From the NCBI GenBank assembly GCA_002633005.1, contig NMRA01000339.1, forward strand, positions 206,685-270,684: DNA of 64,000 nucleotides, read 5' to 3'. The position numbers and the translations under genes were made by a program. Within the stretch, counting starts at the first letter, position 1, and every line of letters starts with the position of its first letter. The DNA comes from Phoronis australis. Lineage: Eukaryota; Animalia; Phoronida. The notes beneath the pieces were generated by a model. The model was not told where the DNA came from and ran no database searches. It was given only the letters and a program-made list of their open reading frames with translations. Shown here in pieces: positions 40,376-54,050 of this stretch.

Positions 40376-41595
40376 TTTTTCGCATGGGATTGCTCAATTT
40401 GTTATTTCCAACAGCTCTATACGGCTTCATTTGGTATGGGTAAGATTCATGGTCGGCTGCGTGCAGGGATGTTATGGTCTATGTATGCAGGAACGCTGAA
40501 CCGGCCTCCTGGCGCAGCGAATATTTGGGGTACGGCCAAGATATCATGTGTTCTCGAAGAAGCATCATGATGCATATGATTTCTTGTTAAAACCAGTTAA
40601 GTGGCACCGTGCATTTAATGTATGTAACTTGCTGTGAATCAGTACAGTCTACTTGTTATGTTCAAATTTTCATTTTCTAAATAGCAGCTCCCTGTAGCAG
40701 AAATGCATTTCAGTGCAGTAACTGCGAAGTCTGCTGCGATTTAGGTTGCCCTCAAGCAACCAGGAGAAAATCTAATTAGATTTCACAATTCGTTTTGAGA
40801 CCACTCTTATGGAACACTTGTGTATGTAGAAAATTTACTTTCAGAATGTCGTGTTGGCTCGAGTTGAGCAATGGAAGGGAAGTGGTATTTTTCAATCAAT
40901 TTATTTCTGCAATAAAGGCCATAGGCCCAACGGAGTCGAAAGTCATGTAAATATTTGCATAGGTTAACTACCTTAGCATCATAACGTGTTGAAACGGATT
41001 TATTAAACTTGAAATCAGACGGACACTTCCAGTAATACGTTTCAATATAATTTTCTCTCAATTCCCAATATTTATAACAGCTTAGAAGGAAATGGTTCTC
41101 GCCTCAAGTTCAAGAACGTTGGAGCAGAAGGGACACCCTCTGTTTGCCCTATCCAAATTCAAGTCCCTGCCTATTTCAATCATGTGACTGTGGCTAGAAC
41201 AACGAAAACGCGGCATGGACATACATGTAATTTGTGCACGGGTATATTCAAACTTAAAAACTTTTCCATTTTGAATTCCTATATAAATTGATTATAAAAG
41301 CACAGTTTAAGGTTATTCTCAACAGTCTGTCTTAGTAAATAACAATCCCTCATTCACTGTCTAAAAATTATCAGAACAGAATTTTCACACACAACGTCTT
41401 GATTTATCCAAACTTCTAATGGAATTCATAATTTGACGTTATGAGTCTAACTGATGTGGCCCAATTTCGGGAGTGCCGACCATTTTGATCTGAGTCATAC
41501 AAATTGTCGTACATGTACACATGTAAGCTGCCCTTGAGTTACGGTGAGGAGGCATTTTGAGAAGTTTGAACCAGTACTTGATCACGGCAACATAG

Positions 41596-41766
41596 CATTG
41601 CTGTATAGTATATTATAGTAGGGGTAAAATTAGAGATATGTAGGCGCCCAAACCCCACCGTATCACCTTGAGCACTGAACGTAACTTACAATGCGTAGGC
41701 GCTACGTTCAAATGCCAAAAGGTGATTGGCTGCGCCTACGTGCGCCTACGCCCCAGTACAGCACTG
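41596..41766 (-). mobile_element. hAT MITE with 8-bp TSD
   Basis: CATTGCTGTA...TACAGCACTG ends; perfect TSD CAACATAG; reverse copy at 57359-57544. Confidence 0.85.
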
Positions 41767-42630
41767 CAACATAGTACTTAGTAGATAACGGCAACCGCCC
41801 ACATTCCCTCAGTACAGCATCGTTTGAGTATGAATTAGCTACATGTACATCCAACTTACGCTTACAAAATTTAATATGCATTTTTTAACCAGTTGTATTC
41901 CTGTAAGCCCCACATTGAGGCTCCATAACACAAATCAAACATTTCAAAAGTCACAGGTGGCTGACACATTGTCAAGTTTCTTTGTAGCTTGTCGACCGTA
42001 CGTAGTTACGACCTTGATGGCTTGGGTTGTCAGGGTCTGAGTTGCCATAGTCCACAATAACTTTGACCTGAACACAACACCCACCAAGATACTTGTAACT
42101 GGAAACCACTTAGAGTTTTTCACATCAAATTTGCCACCTCTCGTAATTTCTCAGAAGACCTCCGTCCCTAAAAGGTAGTTTCCTGCGGAAAAGAACCAAT
42201 ATTGCGGTTTGCCGTATTTTTTCTAAGCTTTCCTTTTCGGTTGAAGTGAAAGGACGAAAATAAGGGACAGAATTAAGTTTCTGCGGTCAATTGTAGCGCT
42301 TTTGCTGTGAAACGATAGAACTTTCCAATATATTCATAGACGTTTTGACAAAGTGTAACAAAGGCAGCGTGTTCAGTGATGTGTACATGTACACTGCCAG
42401 GCGAAACCCAGTGAGAACAGTTCAAGCATCTCGGATTGGACTGACGCAACTATTTAAAAACTCTTTTCCAGGAGAGTTCCAATAAACTGTACTTGTATTT
42501 TCGCCAAAAAACAAAACGGGTCATTTATCGTTGTGCTGAATTGCAACAGTGCTTTTTATTTTCGAAACTAGTTGTGTTATAGGAAGAATAAATACGCAGC
42601 AAATGTTTATTCAGCTATTGTCTGTTCCAG

Positions 42631-42738
42631 CTTTAATTGCAATTGACGAGATCAATAACCAATCAAGACCCGTTTTGCCTGGTCATACCGTTGTCGCAGA
42701 GTTTGTTAACACACGATGCAAACCCGTGGCTGGTCTAG
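42631..42738 (+). CDS. NPR/membrane guanylyl cyclase-like, exon 2
   Basis: ttccag| (A)LIAIDEINNQSRPVLPGHTVVAEFVNTRCKPVAGL(G) |gtaag; phase 1-1; classic ANF-receptor A..EIN....LPG.......C motif. Confidence 0.92.
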
Positions 42739-42782
42739 GTAAGCTACATATTATGGCCATCTTGTAATAATAATGAGTGTCC

Positions 42783-43033
42783 TGGGATCTATTTCATGAA
42801 CAGTGACGTGCTGCAACACTTAAGACAGAATTTTGGTTTTAGGCTCAATAATTTATGAATACTAAGTACAGATGAGAATATACAGATAAGTGATCGGTCA
42901 TGAGATAATTTTCATGAATTATTTCTAGATTTTGATGCTGTCATAGTTACATGACTAAACATTTATTCAGTAATTGTGAAGTGGAGCGTAAGATCAAATT
43001 CATGTCTTTTAAAGTCTTCATGAACGGACACCG
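42783..43033. mobile_element. PIF/Harbinger-like MITE
   Basis: Imperfect TIRs GGGATCTATTTCATGAA / TTCATGAACGGACACC. Confidence 0.45.
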
Positions 43034-43782
43034 TGCATAATTCTTGCAACTGTTCTTGTGTTATCAAACACAAAACATTTACAGATAAATTCGATTTCCT
43101 GGGCCCAAGAGTACAGAACTTTACCCAAAACTAGACTAAATAATTGACCTATAGTGATGTATCAAACGTTCCTGCGTCGCGATCGTGTAGTGTTACGTGT
43201 TCCTATAACTTACTTAACGGTTACATGAAGGCATGTGTTCACGTGATAGGTCTTCTACCAGCCAAGGTCAACTGGAAAAGCGTTATTTTTAACGCTTACC
43301 AGGGGGAAGCGTGTCTGAACTATTTGAATCCATTATATTTATAATCAGTCCACTGAAAAGGTTATTATGGCTCAGCAGAAGACCACACACTGATTACAGC
43401 AGCATGTTAACTCGAGTATGCACAGCAGTTGGCGTCCACACCATAAAATGATGGGCCGCGTTTCGCAGACGCAAGATACTCGTGCAATAGCAAGAATACC
43501 CAAATATTTATGATGTCACCACGCATTACGAAGGAAACACATCACACTAGCTTCAGTCGTGAGTGTCTTGTGTCTCTCAAGTGAAACGCCCTTAAGAGTG
43601 CTGCAAATGAAACTATAGCTCTCTTTCTGTAGGAACCTTGTTTGAGGGTATTTTAGCAGTTACATGTATGTTGGCTGCGTTTTTCTCAGGACAGTTCCCA
43701 TTTTTTCCAGGAAAAAACTCTGTCTCGTTAACAATCTGTAAGACAGATTTTGGGAAATTATTCAGACAGTTTTTTTATATAG

Positions 43783-43946
43783 GCGTGGCAGCTGCAGCTC
43801 TGAATACCAAAGACTTCTCGGTGGTCATAGGGCCGCCTTGCTCAACCGTTTGCCGCCATGTGGCGCGTCTCCTAGCATTCAAGAACCTGCCGTGTTTCAA
43901 TGGAGTGTGCCAAGGAATTGAAATGCTCGACAAAAAAGAGTTCAAG
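43783..43946 (+). CDS. NPR/membrane guanylyl cyclase-like, exon 3
   Basis: tatag| (G)VAAAALNTKDFSVVIGPPCSTVCRHVARLLAFKNLPCFNGVCQGIEMLDKKEFK |gtaag; IGP.CS motif of the ANF receptor domain; phase 1-0. Confidence 0.93.
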
Positions 43947-44387
43947 GTAAGATTGGTAAATTTCTTTTTATAGTTATTAAAACCTTCTATGTTTCGTAAC
44001 ATGGGATTTTCCAATCCCAAACTGGAACTAAGTTTACCTAATTTTACACGGAGAAGTGAAGTTTCCCTCTGAAGACAATATTTCTACTACCCATGGGCTC
44101 AACCAACAGGTTACACACCGGCCACCATAATTCTGAATTACATATAGTAATTTGTTTTAGAATCAAATGGAGCCTAGCCTTGCTTTTTATCCGAAGATAT
44201 GTGGCAGCGATCCACAGGTTACTAAAACCGCGTTCAAGTGTGAAGCTTTTTCTACTGGACCTCTGATCCAAATGTAGATCACACACATTCACAAAAGTGC
44301 CCTACATAGCGTCTTAATACTGAAAATGTTAATAGTTTGACCAATCATCTGTGTTTGACTAACCACAAAAATGAAGTCATTGGACTA

Positions 44388-44782
44388 CAGTGCCCGGTTG
44401 CATGAAACGATACCAAATAGGCACTCAGTTAAGTTTCCTACATCTTGTGTGTAGTTGTTTCGTTCTTTACTCAAAGATGTAATGTTTTTTCCACCACTTT
44501 ATCTTTATTGTAAGCTCTTCTTTGTCTAGTGGCATTTTTCTAATGATGTTACTTGAGACGGAGCCTTAATTCAGTTAAAATAGTTAGTGATTTGGTCCTT
44601 AAATTATGGACGTTGCATGAAATGATCCCTACTTATTGTCTATAAGAACGAGAATTCAACGTAGAGTCCTCTCTCTATTTTTATCAAAGTCAAAAATTGA
44701 CGAAGTAACGAGACTCAAACAGCATCATGAATACGCAGCAAATTCAGGGAACCTAGGGACTGTTTCATGCAACCAGTCACTG
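44388..44782. mobile_element. PIF/Harbinger-like MITE
   Basis: TIRs CAGTGCCCGGTTGCATGAAAC / GTTTCATGCAACCAGTCACTG. Confidence 0.6.
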
Positions 44783-46564
44783 GCTTCTCAAGGTCAGAAG
44801 GCTGGCCAGACGTCTGACGACCGTTCGCATATGTTTTCTTCGTAGACGGCTGATCAGATCTCCAATTTGTCTGTCCTTTTCCTATCCATTATATTGAGAG
44901 GGTGGCATTTTGATAAGAGCCGTTTCATCAGCTACCAGAGCGCATTAAGTGATCAGTGGCTGGTCAAAGTGGATGGCTGCATTTTAATTTAATCAAACAC
45001 CCACACCTGTAGTATACATGTACATGTGTGCTAGGACATCATGTGTATTTTCACACTATGATAGCCGGGCTAGAAAGGCGCTATGTAGTTCCCACTGGGA
45101 TTTGTCTAGCAGTGCTGATCGCTGAAGGTGATGCAGAACAGTATGAAATGTTGTGCCGGAGTCATTTCACATCAAAGGCGCCACACACGACCGCAAAAAA
45201 AATTATTCTATTCGTTTTTAGTTCCACCCCAAAATGTACATCCCACCTCCTGTGCCCATCCTTGTCAAGCGCAAACAATTTTGGTCCGGCTTTCATGGAA
45301 ATGATCCACAAGAAGGGAATAGTAATAGGCCGTTTCATGGTCACTGATATTCAAAAATCACGCTATGAGCAAAATTCAATACGGTATCCAGGTCTAATTT
45401 CGAAAATGCATCATACTTCATCACAAATTCATCCGGAAGGCAATAGATTAGAAGTAGGAGTACTATGTTTGCATTTGATCTCAGTTAGACATCAATAAAA
45501 TCCAAAATGATAGCCAGAGGACGTTTTGAATATGCAGACTTTACATATGTCAACACTGAAAAAGTCAGATTCGCACGAAGCACATCAAACTGTACGTACG
45601 TGTACTGACATCTACATGTATATGAATGCGAGGAGTATTTTTGTTGTTTTCTCTATTGAATGCTTCTACAATGCGATATGGTCCTCTGACGCTACGTTGA
45701 AAATACTTTTTTTGCGAAATACGTCTAAACTACATTGAAAAAACAGAATCAAGAATTTCTGAGGAGAAAAATGGTTTTTGGCTTTTAGTAACATTTGTGT
45801 GCCGTAAAATAATCAAATGCGACCGCCAGACGCCATTGTGAAATTGTTTGTATTTCAACTTTCTTTTAAAAAGCCCGAACAATTTTGCAGCATGTATTCG
45901 TGTGCGGGGTGTTCATTACCACGCAGATAGTACAACGTACCAGCAACAAGTGCATATCTATTTGGGTTCTTGACGTAAACCAAACCCGAATGTTAGAAAC
46001 ATAGTGGTCAGGAAAGGTTCAGTAACACCAAGTGATGCACCGACCTTGAGAAGACCCATGTCAGATGAACAGCATGTACATATGTACCAGTGATAGGGTT
46101 TGCGTAAATGAAGAAAATGCAAGAAAGATACCTAGAATTTGTAAACGAGATGCTGTAGAAGAGCTGTTGGTTGCAGCAAAATACTTAGAAGGTGAAATGT
46201 TTGAATATAGGTCCAAAAGCTGTTGAGGACGTGATTGCTGCAAAGTCGTTTTATTATTAAAACCGTTGGCGTATATACATGAATAAATGTCGAGACCATG
46301 TTTCTGGTAAAAGCGTATGGGAATTATGGATACGCTATTAGAATAATTTACTTGATAAAGCAACAGAGGTAACTGAGGCGCTCTCACATGTACATAATGT
46401 AAATTATTTTACAGCTACTGGTATTGCGGTTTGAGTGATGGTATAGAATTTCCAATTGATTATCGAGGTGTAAGCTACAAACAAGCCTGCAAATCATTCT
46501 GGAGATGCAACTCAGTTTTGCTTTAATTCCGCTAAAATGAACATCACACAATTTATCATTTAGC

Positions 46565-47020
46565 AATTAAAAATTGTAAACTGAGACAGAAGTATCATAT
46601 AATTAACAGTTTTATACCAGATGTTACGTTTTGGACCTGATTGCATGACGAGTGTTATTTATAATGCTGCAATTGTACCAGGTAATACTTTAAACTATAT
46701 TCAGAAAGTTTGATGATCGAACCGGGCGTTCGTTCAGGAACGCTAGGACCTACGTTAGGATCTAGCTAAAAGCTAGCCAAAATCACGTGTTCTCATTCAA
46801 AATACACGGCAATACCTCACGTAATCTCGCGAAGTCTTACTTTTTAGCGAGGTCCTAGTGTTACTGAACGGGAGGCAGCTAATGACGTGGAGTCGACATT
46901 GATCCACCTTTTGAACTTTCCATGTCAGAGGGCACTGTTGAAGTAGTGCGGAAGGTGAATACGGAAAGCAATATCACATGGCCATATTGCACTCGACTGA
47001 TTCAACACGTATGGGATAAA
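46565..47020. mobile_element. Third (partial) copy of the Crypton-like repeat, interrupted by a MITE at ~46724-46878; a fourth 5' fragment lies at ~47395-47545
   Basis: Aligns with 37995-38297 and 39020-39308. The nested MITE has TIRs CGTTCAGGAACGCTAGGACC / GGTCCTAGTGTTACTGAACG and a relative at ~23585-23665. Confidence 0.7.
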
Positions 47021-49198
47021 TGTATATATTTGTAGATGCCCTACCACGGAATTGAACGTGCACGTCGTTTTGGATGGTTTCAACAGCTATTTTCAAATGT
47101 CAATACTAGATGGTATTTGCCAGGTTTATCCAAATTCTGAATACCTTCCCTCGTGAATCACTTTACTCCACTGTAATTTAATAGCCTCTTTTATTTTCCT
47201 GATCTTGTGATCTGCCTCAAGGGACAAGGGAGGTTACAAACCCCAGAAGGTGGTGACAGCCAGACCAAAGCCATCAAGTTGTCACTTTTGAAAATGGCTG
47301 TTGTCAACAGCCGAAACGTTTTACTGATTCACAAACTATTATCTACGATTTTTTAACGTGACAAACCTCTTCAATGTAATTCGGAGTGTTTCAAATACAT
47401 ACATAGAACGTAGATGGCGTAGATGAAGTAATATCCCACGAGACATTATTCTGCGTATCTACCGAGACCGAAATCACAAAAGTTTCGAATTCCCAAGTTT
47501 CTTTCATTTTTCTGCAGATGATTTAAATACTTCACATCCTGTATGTATATACTTGCGTGTTAGATTACAAGTTTTAACATTTATGGAAAAGATTACATTT
47601 GTATTATTTCCTGAAGGCCTCATTTCCGTGTAAGCTAGAAATATATCGGTATACACAGCCTAAACTGTTGTTGTTGAGTTAAAATCCCAATACAATGCCT
47701 TTCATTCAAAAAGATATCAGATGTAGTTGCTACACAACCTTAGTGCGTCCGTTGGGCTGAATTAAGCAGCGACAGTGCGTCAATGGAAACTCCATGCGCC
47801 AATGACGTGGGCGTACTCCTAAAGCTGTCCCTGCTGGTGTAGCAGAAGTTTCTTGGACTTTGGTTCCTTGGTCTCTGCAACCCTGGGGCTAGTGCCACCT
47901 AGCATATCGAAATTGCAACAACTCACTGCGCAAGTCTGGTGTATAAATAGACAATTAGCTGTTAGGTCCAATAACGTCACATTTAATTGAAAAAAGTTCG
48001 GCAAAACTCGATTTCACAATTAATAAGCAATGTTTTGTTTGAAAAATGAAACATCGGCGTGCGTTTCTCGTGACTCGGATTTTTATACGAAATGCTGGGA
48101 CACCCTTGAAAATTGCTTTTGCACTGATGCGTGTTTTGTTCATTCCTTCGCTGACCGAGCTCAGAGAAATAAGAGCCACCACTCTGGAATGCTCAACCGT
48201 CTGTCAATGGTGTCAGGATTTGAACTTGGGTCTGCAAAATGGGAATGTGGAGCAAAGAGTGCACCCAGTGGGTTTTTGGAATGTTGTTGACTGGATTGGA
48301 CCAGGATTTCATCAGAGATGAGAAGGCACGCCTGACGACTGACCCGCCGTCTGAAAAATCACCTGAGAACCCTCTTCAGCTGCCCCATCTGACCTTTTTT
48401 ATCCTCCGTCCCCAAGTCAGACGACAAAATCTGCCTTCTTATCTTGAGAAGCCTGCACTCCAATGACTTGCTGTTTACTACGCTTCGTTTAGTCACAAGA
48501 TCTGGCGTGGTTGGTCATTATATTTTGACATGTTCATCGCATGTAAAATGTTAATACATGGTCTCATTAATCTCGTTATCAATCATACGGTATGTGAAGA
48601 AAAAAGACGAGAAAAGGAGTTGCAAAAATGGTACAAAGTACAGTGTATTGAGAATAAAAGGTTTGGTGTCGAAGTGCAGACCCATCTGATTTGGACTCCC
48701 CATTTCTTGTCTTTGCATACTTCTCCATATCTGCTTTTCGCTTTGCCATGTAGTCAGAAAAATCTTCGAATTTAATCTCCTTCTTTACAGTTATTTAACT
48801 ATTTGTCTTACCTTCCCTTTATCTTATAGCGCTTTCAATTTTTTATGTTCAGGCTACATTTTACAAAAAAAAACATGAAAGCTAAAATCTAATATCAGAG
48901 TACGCAAACTCGAATACGAAATTATTTTTGACATTTTAATGCAGGGATCATCAAGTGCTTGCCATGATTCAACAGTCATACACGTCAATCATGTTGTAGT
49001 AGAGCACAAAATAACAGACAATTATCTTCAACTCGCACCAGTACAAGGATTAGACCCCGGGGCCTGAATTTCATGTTTTTTAATTAAAATATTGAAAACA
49101 CTGTATCTCTCAAATTTTCGCTGCCTTTACTAACGAACCTTTCCCGAAATTGTTCTAGATATGGTGCAGAAAATGAACAAATTGTAAAACAAAATGTA

Positions 49199-49605
49199 CA
49201 CGGTGTGCCAAAAAGTGCTCACAGTTGAGTACAACGCTGGGAGTTCAACTAGATGTGAGTTCCCGTGAACCAGATTCTGCGTCCGGCTCTACTGTATGGT
49301 TTCACGTTGCTGTGAAAGTATGTACTTGAGTTGTCACGTACTCTACATGTAAGTGCACGGAAATGCCGAACAAACGACTCAAGTTTGGAAAGCGAAAATT
49401 AGTCACGCAATGCTACAAGTACTAGAAACCAAGTAATCTTATTCTCAAGTTATTAAACAATGGATTTATTTTGTTCGAAAATCTATAATTCCTTTTAGAT
49501 CACAGCTTTATGAATATAATGTAACCCGGTGATCTTATCCCTAAGTTAATGAACAACACTGCTATTGTCATTTGAAAGGTTAGCACATTTCCTTTGGACA
49601 CCCTG
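49199..49605 (+). mobile_element. Tc1/mariner MITE (TA TSD)
   Basis: TA|CACGGTGTGCCAAAAAGTGCT ... AGCACATTTCCTTTGGACACCCTG|TA. Confidence 0.7.
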
Positions 49606-51768
49606 TATGTTTTACCAAATACGTACGTGTCAGATTGAGCGAGATTTTTGCAACAACAAGACCATACAGTAGTTTCATTGAGTTTTCTCGGCCAAAGCAC
49701 AACTATAGGGATGACAAACGATACACACGACCTTGACCATTGAGACATACTATTTTGTCTGTTGTTCTAACACAAAGAATTCAATCAGCCGAGTTGTTTT
49801 TACACTGTTTATGAATTAGCAGAAACAAAAACAAGTCGAAAAGTACTATCTGACATTCTCATTAATTGCAACTCGTATTCAAAATAACGTTCACGTGATG
49901 GTTATCACCCATTGTAAAATTCTTTGGTCTTCATAACTGATCCTGTACTCTCAAGAGTGATAACTGCTATCTGAGAAAATAATAGTAAGCGAACGTTTTT
50001 CTTATTTTGCCATCATGTACTTTCACTGTAGAGCAATGGCGACGTGTATTACGATATATTTCTTATTGACTTTTTTATTTTGCGAGTTTGTTGCAGCGAG
50101 CGATGGGACAAATTCGCGTGTACTTATCACCATTGAAACCAGGAGACTCAATGACTTGACTTAGAATTTGTTCAATGCAAAAATATTCAGCACCAATGGG
50201 CCCGTCTTCATATCTGCCATGCAAGACAATTTTTCCCAATATCTGTGGACAATGCCCTGTCTCGGTGAAAGCGACAGTAAAGTACCTGTCATTTTCCTCG
50301 TGCCCGGTCATGTTTTTCCAAGCTACGTGTAAATGTGAGGTAGAAAAGAGAAAACATACGTCATACAATTACTAGAAGTTCTTCATCTACATGTATTTGT
50401 CAGCCAACTGGCACGTGGAAAACGACAATGGTTCCACTTTATCGAGTAGTCCCACATGTATGTGCCATATTCAGTGTTCTGATAATTACGTGTTAGACGG
50501 TAGATAAGACATCTCGAAGGCTGCTGATCTTCTTTCTGGTAGACGTCCGGTCCGTTCTGCCTTCTTTTAACGGTCCACAAATGAACGCCGTGTAATTCCA
50601 CACACTGGTTGAAATATGCAACCAGTTGCACTCCTTGAATGGCTTAACATCCGATGTATGCTTTTACTTAATTACTTCATTCAGAACCCCTTTGTTTTTG
50701 TTTCATATGGAGTTAGCGTCGATTGTACTACGGCCTGAATGGAATTGAATTGCTTCTGCATCTAGTTTGCTTTCTCTTGATTTATTTCAGTTTGAAGTTT
50801 TGACAAGAATCGGTTATCGCTGTAATGAATTTTAAGAGTAGTTGTCTGACAAAACAATGCAGCAGGCAAAATGAGATATTATGAAAACATGACGTATTAC
50901 GAAAATCGATTTCTCCACTATGCAGTTTCATGATGTGTTGAAAAGGCTTGAAAGTGCCATTAATTGTTATTTTTTGCGACATGCTGGGATGAGCAAAGAT
51001 TCCATGTTAAATAGTCAGCGCCTTATTTTTCTGGTAAAAACACCAACTTTCGTGTTGTGTGGAAAACACTGTTTTCTTTCAGGAAATCAAGTAATCAAAG
51101 CCTGTCGAATTTTCTAGGTTACACTAATTATTCCACGTACATTTGTAAATTTCAACCGTTCAAGCGACTTCGGCATCTTTCAGCTTAACTAAACCTCTCC
51201 ACCTATACCCAAATTCTCCGTGAATAATCTGATTTTTTATTTCTGTGGACAGCTCGTTTATTACGCCACACTCAGCTTTTAAGACGAGGACACATCGCCA
51301 CAGTCGAACCTTCAGTAGATGACCTTGTACATTGTTTCAGCGATACAGAAGGTGTTACATCTGCTGTCGAATATTTTTAAAACAATACATTTTTGCAAAC
51401 CTACAACAAAATAGTTCTTTTGGGTAGTTATATTTTAAAAATGCTGTCTCATTAAAACCGTGTATATTTAAATTTGTAGCAAGAGCCACCAAGTGACTTC
51501 CTGGACAACTGTGTGTACACGTATAATCAGGAAAAAAAACAACTTGTCAAAAAATTACGGATTTAAAAAAAAAACGCCACAACTGGTACACCTAAAAACA
51601 AATGTAAAAGTGTAAAAACTCTTAATATTACTCAATCGTTATTTGATAGTGAAACAAACAAATGATGAAAACTGTGCCTTGTTTCATTAGGGTAACGACG
51701 ATGCTGGGGGATTTCCCAGGGATTCCCGTGTCGTCCTAAGAAATGTGGACGAGAAGTGTGTGCACATA

Positions 51769-53054
51769 CGAGGGTCGTTCAATAAGTTCTCGGCCTCACC
51801 CAGAAAACAAACGCGATAGCAACTAATTTTGACTTTACTTTTCAATATAATCTCCCGTTACATCAATGCATTTCTTCTATCTGTCCTCCAGTTTTGCAAT
51901 GCCTTCGTAAAAGAAACTTTTGTCGAGCCCCTCAATATACTCCTCCACTGCACTCATGACGTCATCATCGCTCACATACTGGCGTCCACGCAAATGTGGA
52001 AATAAGTAAAAAATCAGACGGAACCAGGTCTAGAGAATAGGCGTGGTGCGAAAGAATTTCAAAGCCACATATAGTTGCTTAAGCCATCGCAACTTGGGCA
52101 TTATGGGCAGGTGCGTTGTCTTGAAGCAACAGCACTCCATCCAGAAAATTCCCGCGTCTCTTCCTTGATTGCTGGTTTGAGTTTTTCCGAAAGTGATGCA
52201 TAGTAATTCCCAGCAACAGTGTACCCTCGTTGCAAGTAGTCGATCATCAGAATACCTTCGCTGTCCCAGAACACAGAGGCCATAACTTAGCTCGCAGATG
52301 CACCCAACCGTCAACTTCGACTTTCTCGGGCTTGGGAAACCCACGTGCTTCCATTGTTTACATTGTTGTTTTGATTCCGGGTCAGAGTGGTGGACCCATG
52401 TCTCATTCTGGGTTACAAGTCTTCTGAAAAATTTGGCTGGATCTCTTTGGAATCTTCCTAGAATTTCCTTTTGAAATTTGCATTCTGCTCATTTTCTGTT
52501 CCTGGGTTAACATCCTTGGCACCCATCGTGCACTCAGCTTACTCAAGCCCAAATTTTCACTTAAAATTTTAGAGACGGACCCATTGCTGATGCAAACAGT
52601 GTTTGCCAAATGTTGAACAGTCATTCGCCTTTATAACCATTGCATGAATTTTCTGCACATTTTCACGGGAGGTCGGCGATTTGGGACGTCTTGGACGAGG
52701 GTCATCTTCAACGCTTTCCTTCAACGCTTTTCCCCTCCTGAAACAAGCTGACCTCTTTTTTACTGTAGAGTAGCTCGGGGTGTCTGTTTCGAGTGTTTTT
52801 TTTTTTGCATCTCTTCATGAATATTTTGGTTTCATTCCGTTTTTACCCGAATACTTTATGACGGCTTTCGTATCCGTTATCTCCATGCTGCTGAATGTAC
52901 TGTCGTGTGCTTTTTTGACCTAGTGACAGTTGACCATACTAATTCAGCATGAATGCAGTACTGTTATAAAAGATGAAATTTTACTATGGTGTGAAAAATT
53001 TAACCTGCGTCCCTGTTTTCTTGTTGGAGCCGAGAACTTATTGAACGACCCTTG
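51769..53054 (-). mobile_element. Full-length (1286 bp) inactivated mariner element (DD34D)
   Basis: 26-bp TIRs CGAGGGTCGTTCAATAAGTTCTCGGC (1 mismatch), TA TSD on both sides, transposase remnants. Confidence 0.95.
51835..52886 (-). pseudogene. mariner transposase pseudogene
   Basis: AVIKY.., SVEDDPR, LSARWVPRML, ETWVHH.DPESKQQ, MASVFWDSEGILMIDYL, QDNAP, a YSPDLAPSD-like motif and GDYIEK*; multiple frameshifts. Confidence 0.92.
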
Positions 53055-53399
53055 TATAATGCCAGTTGACAGTCTGTTTGCAGCTGCAGTCGGAATCTAA
53101 GTTGGCACCCTACACGAAAGACGTGAGGTACCAAAATTAATAAACTAAGTTACGTGCCTTCTTTGTTCCCTTTTTCCGGCTTCGGGATTTCGTTCGCAAT
53201 GATGAAGTATTACCATACTCATTTACATAAAAAACCTCGCAAAACGAGAATTTCGAGATTGTAGTGATAGCTGGTTGTGGGATGGTTTCCGGGACACTGG
53301 AGACCTCGGAGTTGATTGTGACTAAGTAGTTCATTTTCATATTCACAATTTAATGAGACTATGCATCTTTAAGACCAATTTAGTGTACTTAGAATAACG

Positions 53400-53730
53400 A
53401 TCGTCACAATTACCGTCTTCGTCGTCTTTGTCGTCGCAGTGGTCGTCGTCACCGTCCTCCTCCTCCTCATCATCATCATCATCACCATCATAATCACCAA
53501 AAACATTATCGTTATTTTCATCACCACCAGCATCGTCGTCAGCATCGTATCATTGCACAATCTGTCTGGTGAGGATGAGGGTGATAATGATGATGATCAT
53601 CATCTTCATCAGACAGATTGTGTAACGAGAGTTGTTTTGCTTGTGCTGACACTTGACATCGGCATTGTCATCAGCATCGTCCCCATCGTCCTCTTTATCA
53701 TCATATAATCACCATCATCATCACCATCTG
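53400..53730. repeat. Degenerate trinucleotide microsatellite (CAT/CAC/CGT)n
   Basis: Read directly; a smaller tract lies at ~13090-13155. Confidence 0.85.
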
Positions 53731-54050
53731 CATCCTACACATTGTGCAGTAAGAGTTGTTTTGCTAGTGCTGTATACCTGACGCAGGACAAACTTTCCAA
53801 AAACCTTGTCACACCGAGGTACAGTAGTTTGCAGTACAACCTTGAAAACGAGAACTGGTTAATGTCGAATAATTCTTGTAAGAATTCCCGGACATGTTAC
53901 ATTCGAAGCATGCCTTTTTGGCATAGTTGCCCATTTCCACCCGTCCGTAGTCCATTCCTTCAACTTGTTAAGTTCTGATTTTAACGTCCTGGGCGCTATC
54001 TTTGTGTGATGAGACCTCTACTCTCATGATACACTCTTGATCACTTTTAG

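Larger units (their letters stand above)
37125..40388. mobile_element. Non-autonomous CMC/EnSpm-like DNA transposon with CCTATAGG-rich subterminal repeats (intron 1)
   Basis: ~25-bp TIRs CCCATACGAAAATATTCAATAGGAT / ATCCTATTGGAATTTTTCGCATGGG; 2-bp TSD AT (37123-37124, 40389-40390); subterminal repeat arrays at 37140-37330 and 39370-40375. Confidence 0.75.

Noticed and set aside
40415-40439. 25-nt micro-exon (LYTASFGM) with AG/GTAAG borders
   Set aside because: It would frameshift alone and, with the 14-nt candidate, would interrupt a conserved helix; no support without RNA data.
53369-53708. Hydrophobic ORFs that look like membrane proteins (also 59040-59474)
   Set aside because: Translations of trinucleotide and CT-rich low-complexity tracts.
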